Virus record (IMG/VR): IMGVR_UViG_3300027973_000030
Coordinates: 32,001-96,000 of that record
Source of the DNA: a virus
DNA: 64,000 bases
Reading direction: 5' to 3' (one strand)
Shown here: positions 17,740-28,016 of the stretch, piece by piece
How the letters are laid out: each line of letters starts with the position of its first letter
How positions within the stretch are numbered: position 1 is the stretch's first letter
Notes under the pieces: generated by a model
Database searches by the model: none
Seen by the model: only the letters and a program-made list of their open reading frames with translations
What the model was told of the DNA's origin: nothing
Made by a program: the position numbers and the translations under genes

Positions 17740-18812
17740 GTATAAAACCCATAGATGATAGAGCTTACGGTGCTAGAAACTATTCAGAAATTCTAGCAGA
17801 AGGTTTAGGTTATATCAATGACAGAAGACATGGTAGGATTAAGTCCTTTAAAACACCATGGTTAGGTTTTAACAGAGCCGGTATAAACGGATTAGAATGG
17901 GGGTCACTACTTACTATTGGTGCAAGACCTGGTAGTGGTAAGACAATGATTTCTAGTCAGATATTACGTGAAGCTCATAAACAAAACCCCGATCAAGATT
18001 TTAACATATTAGAATTCCAATTTGAAATGGGTGCTAAACAATCAGCATCTAGAGCATTTGCTGCAGAAGTAGCTTTGGATTATAATGTTGTGTTAAGTAC
18101 TGATCGTCAATTAGATGACTACGTATATGGATTGATGCAAACACATCTTGCTGAAGTTAAAGCAATGGAAGCTGTTGGCATACGTAGAATACAAATTAAC
18201 AAACCTCTCACTAACAAAGAGATAGTTGATGCTGTACATTTATATTATAATAAACTTGGTGGTAAGCCAATGATTATTACAATAGATCATAGCTGGTTAA
18301 TCAAGAAAAATGCAGACGAGAGAGAAAAGATTGCAACACTCTACAATACAGTAGAAGCATTAATGCAACTTAAGAATGAACTTCCTGTAATTATTATAAT
18401 GCTTACACAGCTTAATAGAACTATAGATGATCCATCTAGAAAAAATCCAGGTTCTGTAGGTAACTTTCCTACATCATCAGATATCTTTGGTGGTGACGCT
18501 CTTATGCAAGGTTCAGATATGGTTGCAGTTTTAAACCGTCCGTATAAATCGGACATTAAAATCTACGGACCAAAATCATATGAATGTAAATCTGAAGATG
18601 TATTCATGCATCTATTAAAAAACAGAAATAATTCAGATGATAACAATCTCATCTATTTAAAAATGGATGGTGTAAGACAGCGTATGATAGAAGTAGCAGA
18701 ACCAGTTTCAAGAAACGCTTCTGGTAACTCTGGTACAGGAAAACCAAAAGGAAGATCTATTGGTCAATTTACAACAGGTAATGTCTCTGCCGACATCGGG
18801 GACGAATTATAA
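17736..18812 (+). CDS. dnaB: DnaB-like replicative helicase
   Basis: IGARPGSGKT, FQFEM, ITIDH, LTQLNR, SDIFG and LLKNRN motifs. Confidence 0.92.
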   Translation: MSIKPIDDRAYGARNYSEILAEGLGYINDRRHGRIKSFKTPWLGFNRAGINGLEWGSLLTIGARPGSGKTMISSQILREAHKQNPDQDFNILEFQFEMGAKQSASRAFAAEVALDYNVVLSTDRQLDDYVYGLMQTHLAEVKAMEAVGIRRIQINKPLTNKEIVDAVHLYYNKLGGKPMIITIDHSWLIKKNADEREKIATLYNTVEALMQLKNELPVIIIMLTQLNRTIDDPSRKNPGSVGNFPTSSDIFGGDALMQGSDMVAVLNRPYKSDIKIYGPKSYECKSEDVFMHLLKNRNNSDDNNLIYLKMDGVRQRMIEVAEPVSRNASGNSGTGKPKGRSIGQFTTGNVSADIGDEL

Positions 18813-18843
18813 CAAAATACATTAACATTTAAAACAAAAGCAC

Positions 18844-19416
18844 ATGTCAAACTTTATGTCAGATGATGAACATAAGGAATGGAAAAAAGCTAAGCTTGAC
18901 GCCATCCGTGATTATCATCAAGAATTAATTGATGATCTTAAAATCTTAAGAACAGATTTTAACATGAAGATGCCGTTCTACAATTCTCGTGGTGAGATGG
19001 TAGTAGGTATCTTTGCATCAGAGTTTAAAAAAGAAAAAGGTTTCTTCTTTGAACTAGTAACTAGAGGTTTAGAACCTATCAACACTGAAAGAACAGTATA
19101 CAGAGTTCAACCAAGTGTAACATTTCAAGATGAATATGAACTAAATGAAAAAGGTTCGTATCTTGTGTCACTGGATGAATTAAGAACTGTTAATCCACAG
19201 TCAGTAGCAATTAGTAAATCTTCTGCTGTTACTAGCAGTGATAGATTTAATACTAAGCAACCAACAGCTCCTACACCAGATGTTATGTACAAAGCTCCAG
19301 CACCTATGGAAGACGCTCCTTATAGTGAAATGACTATAAGAGACTATTACGCTATACATACAGGTAAGCCTGTTAGTGTTAAAACATGGTTAAACGAACT
19401 TATAAAACAAAAATAA
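18844..19416 (+). CDS. hypothetical protein
   Basis: 190 aa with C-terminal MTIRDYYA motif. Confidence 0.7.
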   Translation: MSNFMSDDEHKEWKKAKLDAIRDYHQELIDDLKILRTDFNMKMPFYNSRGEMVVGIFASEFKKEKGFFFELVTRGLEPINTERTVYRVQPSVTFQDEYELNEKGSYLVSLDELRTVNPQSVAISKSSAVTSSDRFNTKQPTAPTPDVMYKAPAPMEDAPYSEMTIRDYYAIHTGKPVSVKTWLNELIKQK

Positions 19417-19417
19417 T

Positions 19418-20101
19418 ATGGGACAAGGAATTTTAGTAATTGCAGAATCAGGTAGTGGTAAATCCACTAGTATAGAAAAACTAGATCCAAAAGAAACGTT
19501 TATTATCAACATTGCTAATAAACCATTACCTTTCAGAGGTTGGAGAAAAAACTATACTATTTGGTCTAAGGATAATCCTGCTGGTAACATGTATGATAAA
19601 GCTTCACCTGCAAATATTGAGGCAGCTTTAAAATATATCAGTGAGAAACGTCCAGAGATTAAGAACATTATAATTGATGACTTTCAATACATGAGCTCAT
19701 TTGAGTTCTTTGAAAGAGTAGACGAGAAAGGTTATGAGAAATTCACACAGATCGGTGCACATTTAGCTCGTATAGCTAGACTACCTAAAGATCTTAGAGA
19801 AGACCTTATGATATTCATCTTAACCCATGCAGAAGAATCTACTGATATGGAAGGTAAAAAGAAGTTTAAAGCAAAAACTATTGGTAAAATGGTTGATGAA
19901 AAACTTACTTTAGAAGGATTATTTTCCATAGTTTTGTTTGGTAAAGTAAAAAAAGACAAAGACGGTAACATCAGATATGTATTTGAGACATCTAACAATG
20001 GTGAAAATACATGTAAGTCTCCTAGAGGGATGTTTGAGTCATTTGAGATAGCTAATGATCTGCAACTTGTAAAAGAAGCAATTACAGCTTATGAAAACTA
20101 G
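19418..20101 (+). CDS. AAA_24 / Sak4-like ATPase (single-strand annealing)
   Basis: AESGSGKSTS, IIIDDFQY, KTIGKMVD, LEGLF and KSPRGMF motifs. Confidence 0.85.
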   Translation: MGQGILVIAESGSGKSTSIEKLDPKETFIINIANKPLPFRGWRKNYTIWSKDNPAGNMYDKASPANIEAALKYISEKRPEIKNIIIDDFQYMSSFEFFERVDEKGYEKFTQIGAHLARIARLPKDLREDLMIFILTHAEESTDMEGKKKFKAKTIGKMVDEKLTLEGLFSIVLFGKVKKDKDGNIRYVFETSNNGENTCKSPRGMFESFEIANDLQLVKEAITAYEN

Positions 20102-20139
20102 TGTATAAATTAAACGTTTAATATTTAAATTCAAACAAC

Positions 20140-20751
20140 ATGTTCAGCACAAAAGGACAAGAAGTCAAAGCAACAGGTGGAGTACAAAAGTCTCTACAAT
20201 CAGGAGTAGTTTACGCACATATCTATAGTGCGTTAGTAAGAGATTCTAAAGGTACTGGTAAAAAGTCCTTAGAATTAGTTTTAGAAACCCCGCCTATAGA
20301 CGGTTTTGAGGGTTGGGCAATCAGTAAAGATGATTTAGAAGGACCTAAGTTTAAAGGTCAGTCATCAAGAGTATCTGCAAGTATCTGGATAGATACATTT
20401 AATGAGACTAGTCCATCTAAAAATGAGATTATGAACAAGCTTAGCGTTATTGCTGTAGAACTAGGTCTTAAAGACGAGTTAGATAAAATTAACGCATCTA
20501 GTATTGAAGACTGGGTTGCTCAAGTAGCAAACCTATTGAAAGGTAAAGATTTATATTTCTTCTTAAAAGGAACTGAAGAAGAGTATAATGGTAAGACTAT
20601 AATTAAATTATCTTTACCTAAGTATAAATTTGCAGCTGCAGATGAAGCTAAGTTAGATAAATTTGATAAGACTAATCAATATCATTATAAAGCTATGCAA
20701 ACTAAAGCTGTAGCTAGCTTTGAGCCAGCTAATGATGATTTTGAAATGTAA
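20140..20751 (+). CDS. putative ssDNA-binding protein
   Basis: Follows the Sak4-like gene; beta-rich with an acidic DDFEM tail. Confidence 0.6.
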   Translation: MFSTKGQEVKATGGVQKSLQSGVVYAHIYSALVRDSKGTGKKSLELVLETPPIDGFEGWAISKDDLEGPKFKGQSSRVSASIWIDTFNETSPSKNEIMNKLSVIAVELGLKDELDKINASSIEDWVAQVANLLKGKDLYFFLKGTEEEYNGKTIIKLSLPKYKFAAADEAKLDKFDKTNQYHYKAMQTKAVASFEPANDDFEM

Positions 20752-20771
20752 GTTGGATTAGTAAATATAAC

Positions 20772-20803
20772 GGGGGGTGTTTCTACACTCCCCTATTTTT
20801 TTT
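20772..20803 (+). terminator. Rho-independent terminator
   Basis: GGGGGGTGT-TTCT-ACACTCCCC followed by TATTTTTTTT. Confidence 0.85.
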
Positions 20804-20820
20804 AATTTAAAAACTGTGTT

Positions 20821-21801
20821 ATGTTTAAGACCAAAAACTTGGTACATGACATTAAAGATGTACCAGTAGCATGGATATTTGAACATTTCTGCAAATTAAA
20901 AGAAAAGCTTAATGGTCACGATGTAAAGATAAAGTCTCTCTTCAATTTGAAAGAGCGTACACCAAGTATGTGTATATATTATGACGCTAAGAAATCTTCT
21001 TACCGTTATAAAGACTTCTCATCAGGCAAAGGTGGTTCAGCAATAGATCTTGTAAAAGATATTGAAAACTTATCTTACTACAAAGCTTGTTCTTTAGTTG
21101 TAGAAAAGTACAATGACTTCGTACTTCACAACAATGGGGGTTATGACTTACAAGAATTTAAACAAGCATCTAAGTATAAGGTAACTACCTATATATTTAG
21201 ATCGTGGAATACCCAAGATCAATATTTCTGGACCCAGTTTAATATTGGTACTAGACTTCTTGAAGAGTATCAAGTGAGACCTTTATCAGCATACACTATG
21301 CACAAAGATAATGATGGCAGTCCTATAGACTTAACCATTAAAGGTAATTACTTATACGGTTATTTCAAGACAGACGGTACGCTGTATAAAATATACCAAC
21401 CTAAAACTTTAGATAAAAAGTTTATAAAGGTTGCAGATTATATACAGGGATCAGAACAATTAAAAAATCATAAGTGGTTGATAATCACATCCTCTCTTAA
21501 AGATCTAATGGCATTAAGAAGTCTTAAACTGCCTTTAGATATAATAGCTCCAGACTCAGAGAACACTGTTATACGTAAAGAAGTCATGGAAGGATACATT
21601 AACAAATACGAAAAAGTAATTGTTATGTTTGACTTTGATGACCCCGGTATTAAAGCTATGGAAAAGTACAAAGAACTGTATCCAGAGATTGAACATACTG
21701 CTTTACCTATGAGTAAAGACCCTGCAGATTCTATTAAAGACTACGGTGCCAAAGAAGTCTACTACCGTATAGTCCCATTATTAAACAAAAAAATTGTTTA
21801 G
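20821..21801 (+). CDS. dnaG: DnaG-like primase (crAss type)
   Basis: ERTPS...DFSSGKGG degenerate Zn-binding domain; TOPRIM SSLKD, FDFDDPG and KDPAD. Confidence 0.85.
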   Translation: MFKTKNLVHDIKDVPVAWIFEHFCKLKEKLNGHDVKIKSLFNLKERTPSMCIYYDAKKSSYRYKDFSSGKGGSAIDLVKDIENLSYYKACSLVVEKYNDFVLHNNGGYDLQEFKQASKYKVTTYIFRSWNTQDQYFWTQFNIGTRLLEEYQVRPLSAYTMHKDNDGSPIDLTIKGNYLYGYFKTDGTLYKIYQPKTLDKKFIKVADYIQGSEQLKNHKWLIITSSLKDLMALRSLKLPLDIIAPDSENTVIRKEVMEGYINKYEKVIVMFDFDDPGIKAMEKYKELYPEIEHTALPMSKDPADSIKDYGAKEVYYRIVPLLNKKIV

Positions 21802-21808
21802 ACTCACC

Positions 21809-21816
21809 TATCTTTG
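21809..21816 (+). promoter_or_regulatory. Bacteroidota-type -7 element TATCTTTG
   Basis: Intergenic TAnnTTTG 18 nt before the ATG at 21835. Confidence 0.5.
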
Positions 21817-21834
21817 TAAGAACAAATAATATTT

Positions 21835-22227
21835 ATGCCAAGAAAAATAGCTAGACCACGTAAAACTACAGTAGATAAAACAAGAAATGCTGGTACTATG
21901 ACAGAATCAGTTTTTTGGAGTTTTATACGTAGTACATTGAGACAAAAGTCAAGATGGTGGAAGCCAATTACACAATGTAAAATAGATGCTCGTAGACCTT
22001 ATAAAGGACCTAACAAACGGCAGAAGTTTGAATATGAATGTAATGCTTGTCATAAGTGGTTTCCTGAAAAGAAAATCAACGTAGATCATATAATAGGAGC
22101 AGGTAGTCTTAAATGTAGTAATGACCTTCCAGGTTTTGTAGATAGATTGTTCTGTGAACAAGAGAACTTACAAGTACTATGTGAAACATGTCATGATGCT
22201 AAAACTAAATTAGAAAAACTAAAGTAA
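21835..22227 (+). CDS. HNH endonuclease
   Basis: CNAC, VDHI and NLQVLCETCHDAKT motifs. Confidence 0.88.
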   Translation: MPRKIARPRKTTVDKTRNAGTMTESVFWSFIRSTLRQKSRWWKPITQCKIDARRPYKGPNKRQKFEYECNACHKWFPEKKINVDHIIGAGSLKCSNDLPGFVDRLFCEQENLQVLCETCHDAKTKLEKLK

Positions 22228-22228
22228 A

Positions 22229-22384
22229 ATGGAAGACCCAATTATTGAAGCTGTCATAGAACAGATGAGAAAAGACTTTGAGATGGATGACGTAACAGCT
22301 ATATATGAGTTGTTAGAGTTCACACCAAAGAAGAATTTACTAGGTTATTTACCAGAAGAAATTTCAGAACAATTAGAAAACTAA
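22229..22384 (+). CDS. small acidic hypothetical protein, not in ORF track
   Basis: MEDPIIEAVIEQMRKDFEMDDVTAIYELLEFTPKKNLLGYLPEEISEQLEN*, exactly filling the gap. Confidence 0.7.
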   Translation: MEDPIIEAVIEQMRKDFEMDDVTAIYELLEFTPKKNLLGYLPEEISEQLEN

Positions 22385-22389
22385 ATACT

Positions 22390-22626
22390 ATGGCAATATA
22401 TAGTAATGAAACAGACCCAAATGTTAATGATTGGGATAAGTCAGAAGATGCACAGATATCTAAGCAGGAACTATTAAATAAAGCTGCTGAGCTAAAAAAC
22501 TGTAATGACTTAATTAAAGAATTAGTAGCTCTCCTTGAATATGAGGAAGCTCTAACTGTAGATCCAAGATCCCAACAGAGGATGAGTGCTAAACTAATAG
22601 AACTAGGATTATGGCCATCAAGATAA
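22390..22626 (+). CDS. hypothetical protein
   Basis: 78-aa ORF in the operon. Confidence 0.65.
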   Translation: MAIYSNETDPNVNDWDKSEDAQISKQELLNKAAELKNCNDLIKELVALLEYEEALTVDPRSQQRMSAKLIELGLWPSR

Positions 22627-23111
22627 CTACAGAAGAAATAATAGCTAAGTATCCAAAGATATTTGAAGACTATCCTGGTAATCCAGGAAGATGTAATTGG
22701 CATGGTGTACCGACAGGTTGGTTACCAATTATAGATGACTTGTGTGGTTCTATACAAGAATACATAGATCATCATAGATACTCTATAGACAATCCTGATT
22801 ATATAGAAGGATCTACATGGAACTATGATGATATAACTACGCATAAATCTATAATGGTATCTCATGATCAAGTTACCTGCACACAGATGAAAGAAAAGTT
22901 TGGTGGACTCAGATTCTATGAAAATGGTGCAGATAAAAAAGTAGATGGTATGATACACTATGCAGAATACTTAGCTGATAATACATGCCAAGATTGCGGT
23001 TCTAGAGAAGATCTAGGAAGAACATCAGGTTGGATTTCTACAATATGTAGAACCTGTGCAATTGGTAATGGTGATAGAGCTATGGCAGCATGGAAATCTT
23101 TAAACGAATAA
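22611..23111 (+). CDS. conserved phage protein (QxKEKFGGLRFY motif, C-terminal Zn ribbon)
   Basis: GWLPII, QMKEKFGGLRFY and CQDCG...CRTC. Confidence 0.75.
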   Translation: MAIKITTEEIIAKYPKIFEDYPGNPGRCNWHGVPTGWLPIIDDLCGSIQEYIDHHRYSIDNPDYIEGSTWNYDDITTHKSIMVSHDQVTCTQMKEKFGGLRFYENGADKKVDGMIHYAEYLADNTCQDCGSREDLGRTSGWISTICRTCAIGNGDRAMAAWKSLNE

Positions 23112-23112
23112 T

Positions 23113-23469
23113 ATGGCAGATATAGATCAAGAAATAGATCATAACTCAGCATTCAGAAGACTGATGGCTGATCCTGAATATCAAAAAATGCAGCAAGATT
23201 TTCAGAAAAGACATGATGCAGAAATAGAAATATTAAGTAATGATATGACAGCTGATATGTTAGCTGATATCCGTGATTGGAGATGTGGTACAGGACCAGA
23301 TGATCCTAATACTCACTCATGGAGAGGTGTAGCAGCACAATTTTATGAAAAATATCCTGAATTTAGCTACTCACATAGTATAATGTCTAGTAATCAAATA
23401 TCAGGTATGATGTTATGTCAAGTGGCACAAGAGCTACTAAAACAAGATAACTCTGAAGGATGGAATTAA
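23113..23469 (+). CDS. hypothetical protein
   Basis: 118-aa ORF. Confidence 0.65.
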   Translation: MADIDQEIDHNSAFRRLMADPEYQKMQQDFQKRHDAEIEILSNDMTADMLADIRDWRCGTGPDDPNTHSWRGVAAQFYEKYPEFSYSHSIMSSNQISGMMLCQVAQELLKQDNSEGWN

Positions 23470-23481
23470 AACTTTAATGTT

Positions 23482-23895
23482 ATGAACGGACTAGAACAAA
23501 TTGTATATAGTACCGCTACATGTAAAAAATGTGGTGATGTACTAGTCTCTAGACACAGACATAATTATGTTATGTGTACTTGTGATAATAAAACCATGCT
23601 AGATGGAGGTACAGAATACCAACGTTATGGTGGTGCTGATCTTGATTTAGTAGACTTATCTGCAACTGTATATCTTACAGACGGATTTGAAAAATGTAGA
23701 ACTGCTCCATTATGGGGAACACACGGTATAAACGGTGATGAACCGTATAAACAAATGTCTGTATCAGAAATGAATGATGGACATTTAGAAGCTGTTATTA
23801 AAGAATACGGACACAGAATGGAAAAATGGAGACTCGGCCTCATGCTACAAGAAGTAGAGAAGAGAGCTGAAGAATTAAATAACTCAATACAATAA
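23482..23895 (+). CDS. Zn-binding phage protein
   Basis: CKKCGD..SRHRHNYVMCTC..LDGG motif, common in phages. Confidence 0.7.
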   Translation: MNGLEQIVYSTATCKKCGDVLVSRHRHNYVMCTCDNKTMLDGGTEYQRYGGADLDLVDLSATVYLTDGFEKCRTAPLWGTHGINGDEPYKQMSVSEMNDGHLEAVIKEYGHRMEKWRLGLMLQEVEKRAEELNNSIQ

Positions 23896-23899
23896 CAAC

Positions 23900-24931
23900 A
23901 TGGAACTAGAAGATTTAATGGAAGAGTCTATAAAAATTATGCAAGATGATTTTTACAATAAGAAGTTTTACTTCTCATACAGTAGTTTAAATAAACTTCT
24001 TTGGAGCCCTGCAGTATTTCATAGCATGTATATACTTGGACTTAAAGAAGAACGTACAGATGCTCACTTAGTACAAGGTAAGATTGTGCACGCACTTCTA
24101 TTAGAAGAAGAAAAGTTTAATGACAACTTTATTGTTAGTCCAGGTAAACTACCGGGTGATGGTGTAAGAGCTGTTGTAGATAGAGTGTTTGCTCATCATA
24201 TAGAATTATCACAAAATGGTGACTTACGTACAAAACTAGATGAATTTGATCAAGCAGTTCTTGATGTTATGAAAGATATGAATTATTTTCAAGCATTAAA
24301 AACAGATCAGCAACGTCTAGATAAAATTATCAGTACAGAAACTACTAACTATTGGGATTTCTTAAAGACTAAAGGTAACAAGACTCTTATAGATCAAGAA
24401 ACATTTGATTTCTGTAAGTCAGCGGTAGAGCTAGTTAAGACTAACAAAAGTATATGCAAACTTATTGGTTGTAATAAAACTGAGTTTGATAATATAGATG
24501 TTAGAAACGAGTTGTTCTTACAAACTGAAGCAGGAGAAAAACCTTTTGGTATTAAAGGAATTATAGATAACTTAGTAATCAACCATGATGAAAAGATTAT
24601 ATATATTAATGATATTAAAACAACAAGTAAAGAACTAAAAGATTTTCCTGAAACTATTGAGTTTTATTCTTACTGGTTACAAGCTATAATCTATTGTAGC
24701 TTAGTGGCTAACGAGTATAAAGCTCAAATTGAATTAGGTGGTTATGAATTTAAATTTAACTTTGTAGTTATAGACAAGATGTTTCAAACATACGCTTTTC
24801 CTGTATCAGATGCTACATTAGCAAGCTGGTTAATGAGAATGAGAGAGGTTATGAATAAAGCAGAATGGCATTATGTAAATAAAAGTTATGATCTTCCGTA
24901 CGATTTTGCTACAGGTTCCGTAACTTTGTAA
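23900..24931 (+). CDS. PD-(D/E)XK exonuclease (RecE/Cas4-like)
   Basis: FSYSSL, GKIVHALL, KGIIDNL...NDIKTT and YWLQAIIY motifs. Confidence 0.85.
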   Translation: MELEDLMEESIKIMQDDFYNKKFYFSYSSLNKLLWSPAVFHSMYILGLKEERTDAHLVQGKIVHALLLEEEKFNDNFIVSPGKLPGDGVRAVVDRVFAHHIELSQNGDLRTKLDEFDQAVLDVMKDMNYFQALKTDQQRLDKIISTETTNYWDFLKTKGNKTLIDQETFDFCKSAVELVKTNKSICKLIGCNKTEFDNIDVRNELFLQTEAGEKPFGIKGIIDNLVINHDEKIIYINDIKTTSKELKDFPETIEFYSYWLQAIIYCSLVANEYKAQIELGGYEFKFNFVVIDKMFQTYAFPVSDATLASWLMRMREVMNKAEWHYVNKSYDLPYDFATGSVTL

Positions 24932-24944
24932 ACAAATTGTACAT

Positions 24945-25502
24945 ATGATAGAGAGCTTATATGGTAAATACTTTCAAAAGTCTAGGTCTTTTTTGTACCC
25001 AGCTTTAGGAATTAAAAAGAGCAGTAGCACCCATCCTACAGGTACTTATCTATCCCTTAAAGGAAAAATAGGTCCTGAAGACATGAAGCTTATCTGCAGT
25101 TATAAAAATAGTGAGACTGAAGGGTTTAAAGCATTTGAGGAAAAGATGTTACTCACTAATCCTTTATTTGAACAAGTCATCCCTATTCAAGATTATAAGC
25201 TCTATGTATTTGATTTTCAAATATATAAAGATGACTGGTTCAACTTTTTACTTGGAAAATATTCTAATTTATCAAATGTTCTGAAGAGAGCTATTAAAGC
25301 ATACTATGGTGAGAAATCATCTGAATACAACTACATGGAGTCATATCTGTTTCCCGAAAGGTTCCACGGCTTGTACGCTAAACTTTTAGATGTGGATATC
25401 AAAACAATAAAGTCAAGCGGTGGTGAGCTCTGTGACCCATGTAGTATTGAAAAAGAAACTTTAAAAATTCCTTTAGAACATTTGGTAATGTTAGATAAAT
25501 AA
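24945..25502 (+). CDS. hypothetical protein (crAss-like)
   Basis: 185 aa with KSRSFLYP and GKYS, downstream of the exonuclease. Confidence 0.7.
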   Translation: MIESLYGKYFQKSRSFLYPALGIKKSSSTHPTGTYLSLKGKIGPEDMKLICSYKNSETEGFKAFEEKMLLTNPLFEQVIPIQDYKLYVFDFQIYKDDWFNFLLGKYSNLSNVLKRAIKAYYGEKSSEYNYMESYLFPERFHGLYAKLLDVDIKTIKSSGGELCDPCSIEKETLKIPLEHLVMLDK

Positions 25503-25511
25503 GTAAATTTG
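25481..25511 (+). promoter_or_regulatory. canonical Bacteroidota sigma-A promoter
   Basis: TTTG (25481-84) - 19 nt - TAAATTTG (25504-11). Confidence 0.65.
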
Positions 25512-25529
25512 TATACTAAAAAAACAACA

Positions 25530-25946
25530 ATGAATAAATCAATGATGCTAGTTACTTCTAGCTGGGGTCCTAGAAAAACCTTTAAACTTATGCCTATTAC
25601 ACCTGATGCTATCTATAACGAAGGGATATTTGACCCAGATAGCAAAGTGTTAGCTTTAATCGGTAAAGAGAAAAAACAGTCTTTACACATGTTAGCTAAG
25701 CTTAATGATTTAGGAGACCCACAAGAACTTAAGATTGGTAAAAGATCTAACGGTAAATCATATGCTGAAGAGCGTAAACCATTAGAGAGCTTTTATGAAT
25801 ACTATGTAGAGCATCCAGAAGAGATTGTTAATATTATTAATATGATTGCTATTAATGCAGACACATTTAATTATAAAGAACATATGGAATCTCCAGCTAC
25901 ACCTCCAGCAGGTCCAAAACATAGCGGGATTATTACAGAAGCGTAA
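25530..25946 (+). CDS. hypothetical protein
   Basis: ATG at 25530 is preferred over TTG at 25509, which lies inside the promoter. Confidence 0.7.
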   Translation: MNKSMMLVTSSWGPRKTFKLMPITPDAIYNEGIFDPDSKVLALIGKEKKQSLHMLAKLNDLGDPQELKIGKRSNGKSYAEERKPLESFYEYYVEHPEEIVNIINMIAINADTFNYKEHMESPATPPAGPKHSGIITEA

Positions 25947-25976
25947 TTACTACTACTAGCTCCATCAATAACAACT

Positions 25977-26002
25977 AAGGGAAGAGAAATCTTCCCTTTT
26001 TT
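25977..26002 (+). terminator. Rho-independent terminator
   Basis: AAGGGAAGA-GAAA-TCTTCCCTT followed by TTTT. Confidence 0.85.
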
Positions 26003-26046
26003 CAGCTTCATTAATACGGGGGGACAGCTTAACTGAACAAAAACTT

Positions 26047-28005
26047 ATGGCACAGACAGCATCACCTACCCATTGGGTAATGGACTATGAGACACTTACT
26101 AATTGTTTTATAGCCGTATTCCAACACTATAAAGATGATAATATCAGTGAGATATTCATTGTTACTAAAGATCAAAACGACATAGCTAAATTTATAGACT
26201 TTCTTAATAAGTGTGTAAAACAAAAGCAGTGGCATATATCATATAATGGTCTAGCATTTGATGCTCAGATTTCACAGCATGTGATTAATAATCAAAAAGA
26301 ATACTTAAAACTAGATGGTGAAGAAGCTGCTAAGCGTTTATATGCTTACGCTCAATCTGTTATTGATAAATCAAGTAAAGGGGAGTTTCTAGAATTTGCT
26401 CCTTACAAACTTAAGATCCGACAAATAGATCTATTCAAAATGAACCACTGGGATAACCGTGCTAAGATGAGTAGTCTTAAATGGATACAGTATAGTATGG
26501 ATTGGGAGAACGTTGAAGAAATGCCGCATCATTATTATGAAGATGTAGAAACATCAGAACAATTACAGGATGTAGTTCAATATTGTATCAATGACGTACT
26601 CAGTACTAAGATGATACTTGAACATTCTAAAGAGCAAATACAGCTCAGACAAACTCTTACAAAAGAATATGGTATTGACTTATATTCAGCATCAGAACCA
26701 AGAATTTCTAAAGAGTTATTTCTTTATTTCTTGAGTAAGAAGCTGGACTGGGACAAGTCTGAGATCAAAATGCTCAGAACGCCACGTAATTATATTGTAT
26801 TAGCTGATTGTATACTTCCTTATGTGAAGTTTGTAACCCCAGAGTTTCAAAAGATTCTTGACTACTTCCGTACCAAGGTAATTACATCTACTAAAGATGG
26901 TTTTAAGTTCACTCTTGAAAATAGAGGTGTTAAAACTGACTACGGTCTAGGCGGTATCCATGGTGCAGCAGATGCAGGAGTATATGAAGCTCAAACTGGT
27001 TATACAATTATGACTAGTGACGTTACATCATTCTATCCTAATCTAGCTATTAAGAACAAGTTTCATCCTGAACACCTACCACAAAAAGAGTTTGGTGATC
27101 TGTATGAATGGTTCTTTGAAGAGCGTAAAAAGATTCCTAAGTCTGATCCTAAAAACTACGTTTACAAGATTATCCTCAATAGTACATACGGTTTAACAGG
27201 TGATGAAAACTCATTCCTGTATGATCCACGTATGACTATGCAAATTACAATCAACGGTCAGTTATTATTATCAATGCTTTACGAGATGTTGTGTTTAGCT
27301 ATACCAGAAGCTATGCCTCTAATGCAAAATACAGATGGTTTAGAAATGATGATACCAACATCAGCTATACCTAAGTATATGGAGGTATGTGAAAAATGGC
27401 AAGTAATTACACAACTTAACCTGGAACATGATGAATATTCTAAAATGATCATTGGTGATGTAAACAATTATATAGCAGTAACTAAAGATGGTAAAACTAA
27501 ATGTAAAGGTAGATTTGAGTGGGAAGACTTAGAAAAAAAGAAAGTAAGTGTATTCCATAAGAATAAATCTTTCTTAATTATACCTAAAGCTATCTATGCA
27601 TTCTTTACAAAAGGTATAGAGCCCGAACAGTTCTTAGAAGACAATCAGTCTATCTTTGATTATTGTGCAGGTGTAAAAGCTAAAGGTGGCTGGTATTATG
27701 AGACTAGAAAACTTATTCATGAAAATGATGGGTCATCTATAGAAAAAACTAAACTACAAAAAATAGTAAGATACTATGTAGCTGAGAAAGGTACTAAACT
27801 AATGAAGTGTCACCCGGATGGTCGTGAAGCTCAAGTAGAAGCAGGACCTTGGATGCAAACAGTAGTTAATGACTTAAGAGATACTAATAAACCTCTTAGT
27901 GAATACGGCATTAACAAAGACTATTATCTAGAAAACATTCATAGACAAATAGAACAAATCAACAAGATAAAGCGTAAAAGCTTTACTCAGTTATCATTAT
28001 TTTAA
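26047..28005 (+). CDS. polB: family B DNA polymerase (crAss type) with 3'-5' exonuclease
   Basis: ExoI DYET, YNGLAFD and YCINDV; polymerase SDVTSFYPN, KIILNSTYG, NTDG and DVNNY. Confidence 0.92.
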   Translation: MAQTASPTHWVMDYETLTNCFIAVFQHYKDDNISEIFIVTKDQNDIAKFIDFLNKCVKQKQWHISYNGLAFDAQISQHVINNQKEYLKLDGEEAAKRLYAYAQSVIDKSSKGEFLEFAPYKLKIRQIDLFKMNHWDNRAKMSSLKWIQYSMDWENVEEMPHHYYEDVETSEQLQDVVQYCINDVLSTKMILEHSKEQIQLRQTLTKEYGIDLYSASEPRISKELFLYFLSKKLDWDKSEIKMLRTPRNYIVLADCILPYVKFVTPEFQKILDYFRTKVITSTKDGFKFTLENRGVKTDYGLGGIHGAADAGVYEAQTGYTIMTSDVTSFYPNLAIKNKFHPEHLPQKEFGDLYEWFFEERKKIPKSDPKNYVYKIILNSTYGLTGDENSFLYDPRMTMQITINGQLLLSMLYEMLCLAIPEAMPLMQNTDGLEMMIPTSAIPKYMEVCEKWQVITQLNLEHDEYSKMIIGDVNNYIAVTKDGKTKCKGRFEWEDLEKKKVSVFHKNKSFLIIPKAIYAFFTKGIEPEQFLEDNQSIFDYCAGVKAKGGWYYETRKLIHENDGSSIEKTKLQKIVRYYVAEKGTKLMKCHPDGREAQVEAGPWMQTVVNDLRDTNKPLSEYGINKDYYLENIHRQIEQINKIKRKSFTQLSLF

Positions 28006-28016
28006 AAAACAATTTT

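Noticed and set aside
23900-24931. Cas4 as evidence of a CRISPR system
   Set aside because: It lacks the Fe-S cysteine cluster and sits in replication/recombination context, so it is an ordinary phage exonuclease
26003-26046. G-run and short hairpin upstream of polB as a possible ncRNA or riboregulator
   Set aside because: Too short, with only weak pairing; no support without covariation data
26047-28005. Intron or intein in PolB, helicase or RNAP
   Set aside because: The ORFs are uninterrupted, motifs are normally spaced, and no intein C/HN or LAGLIDADG signatures were seen
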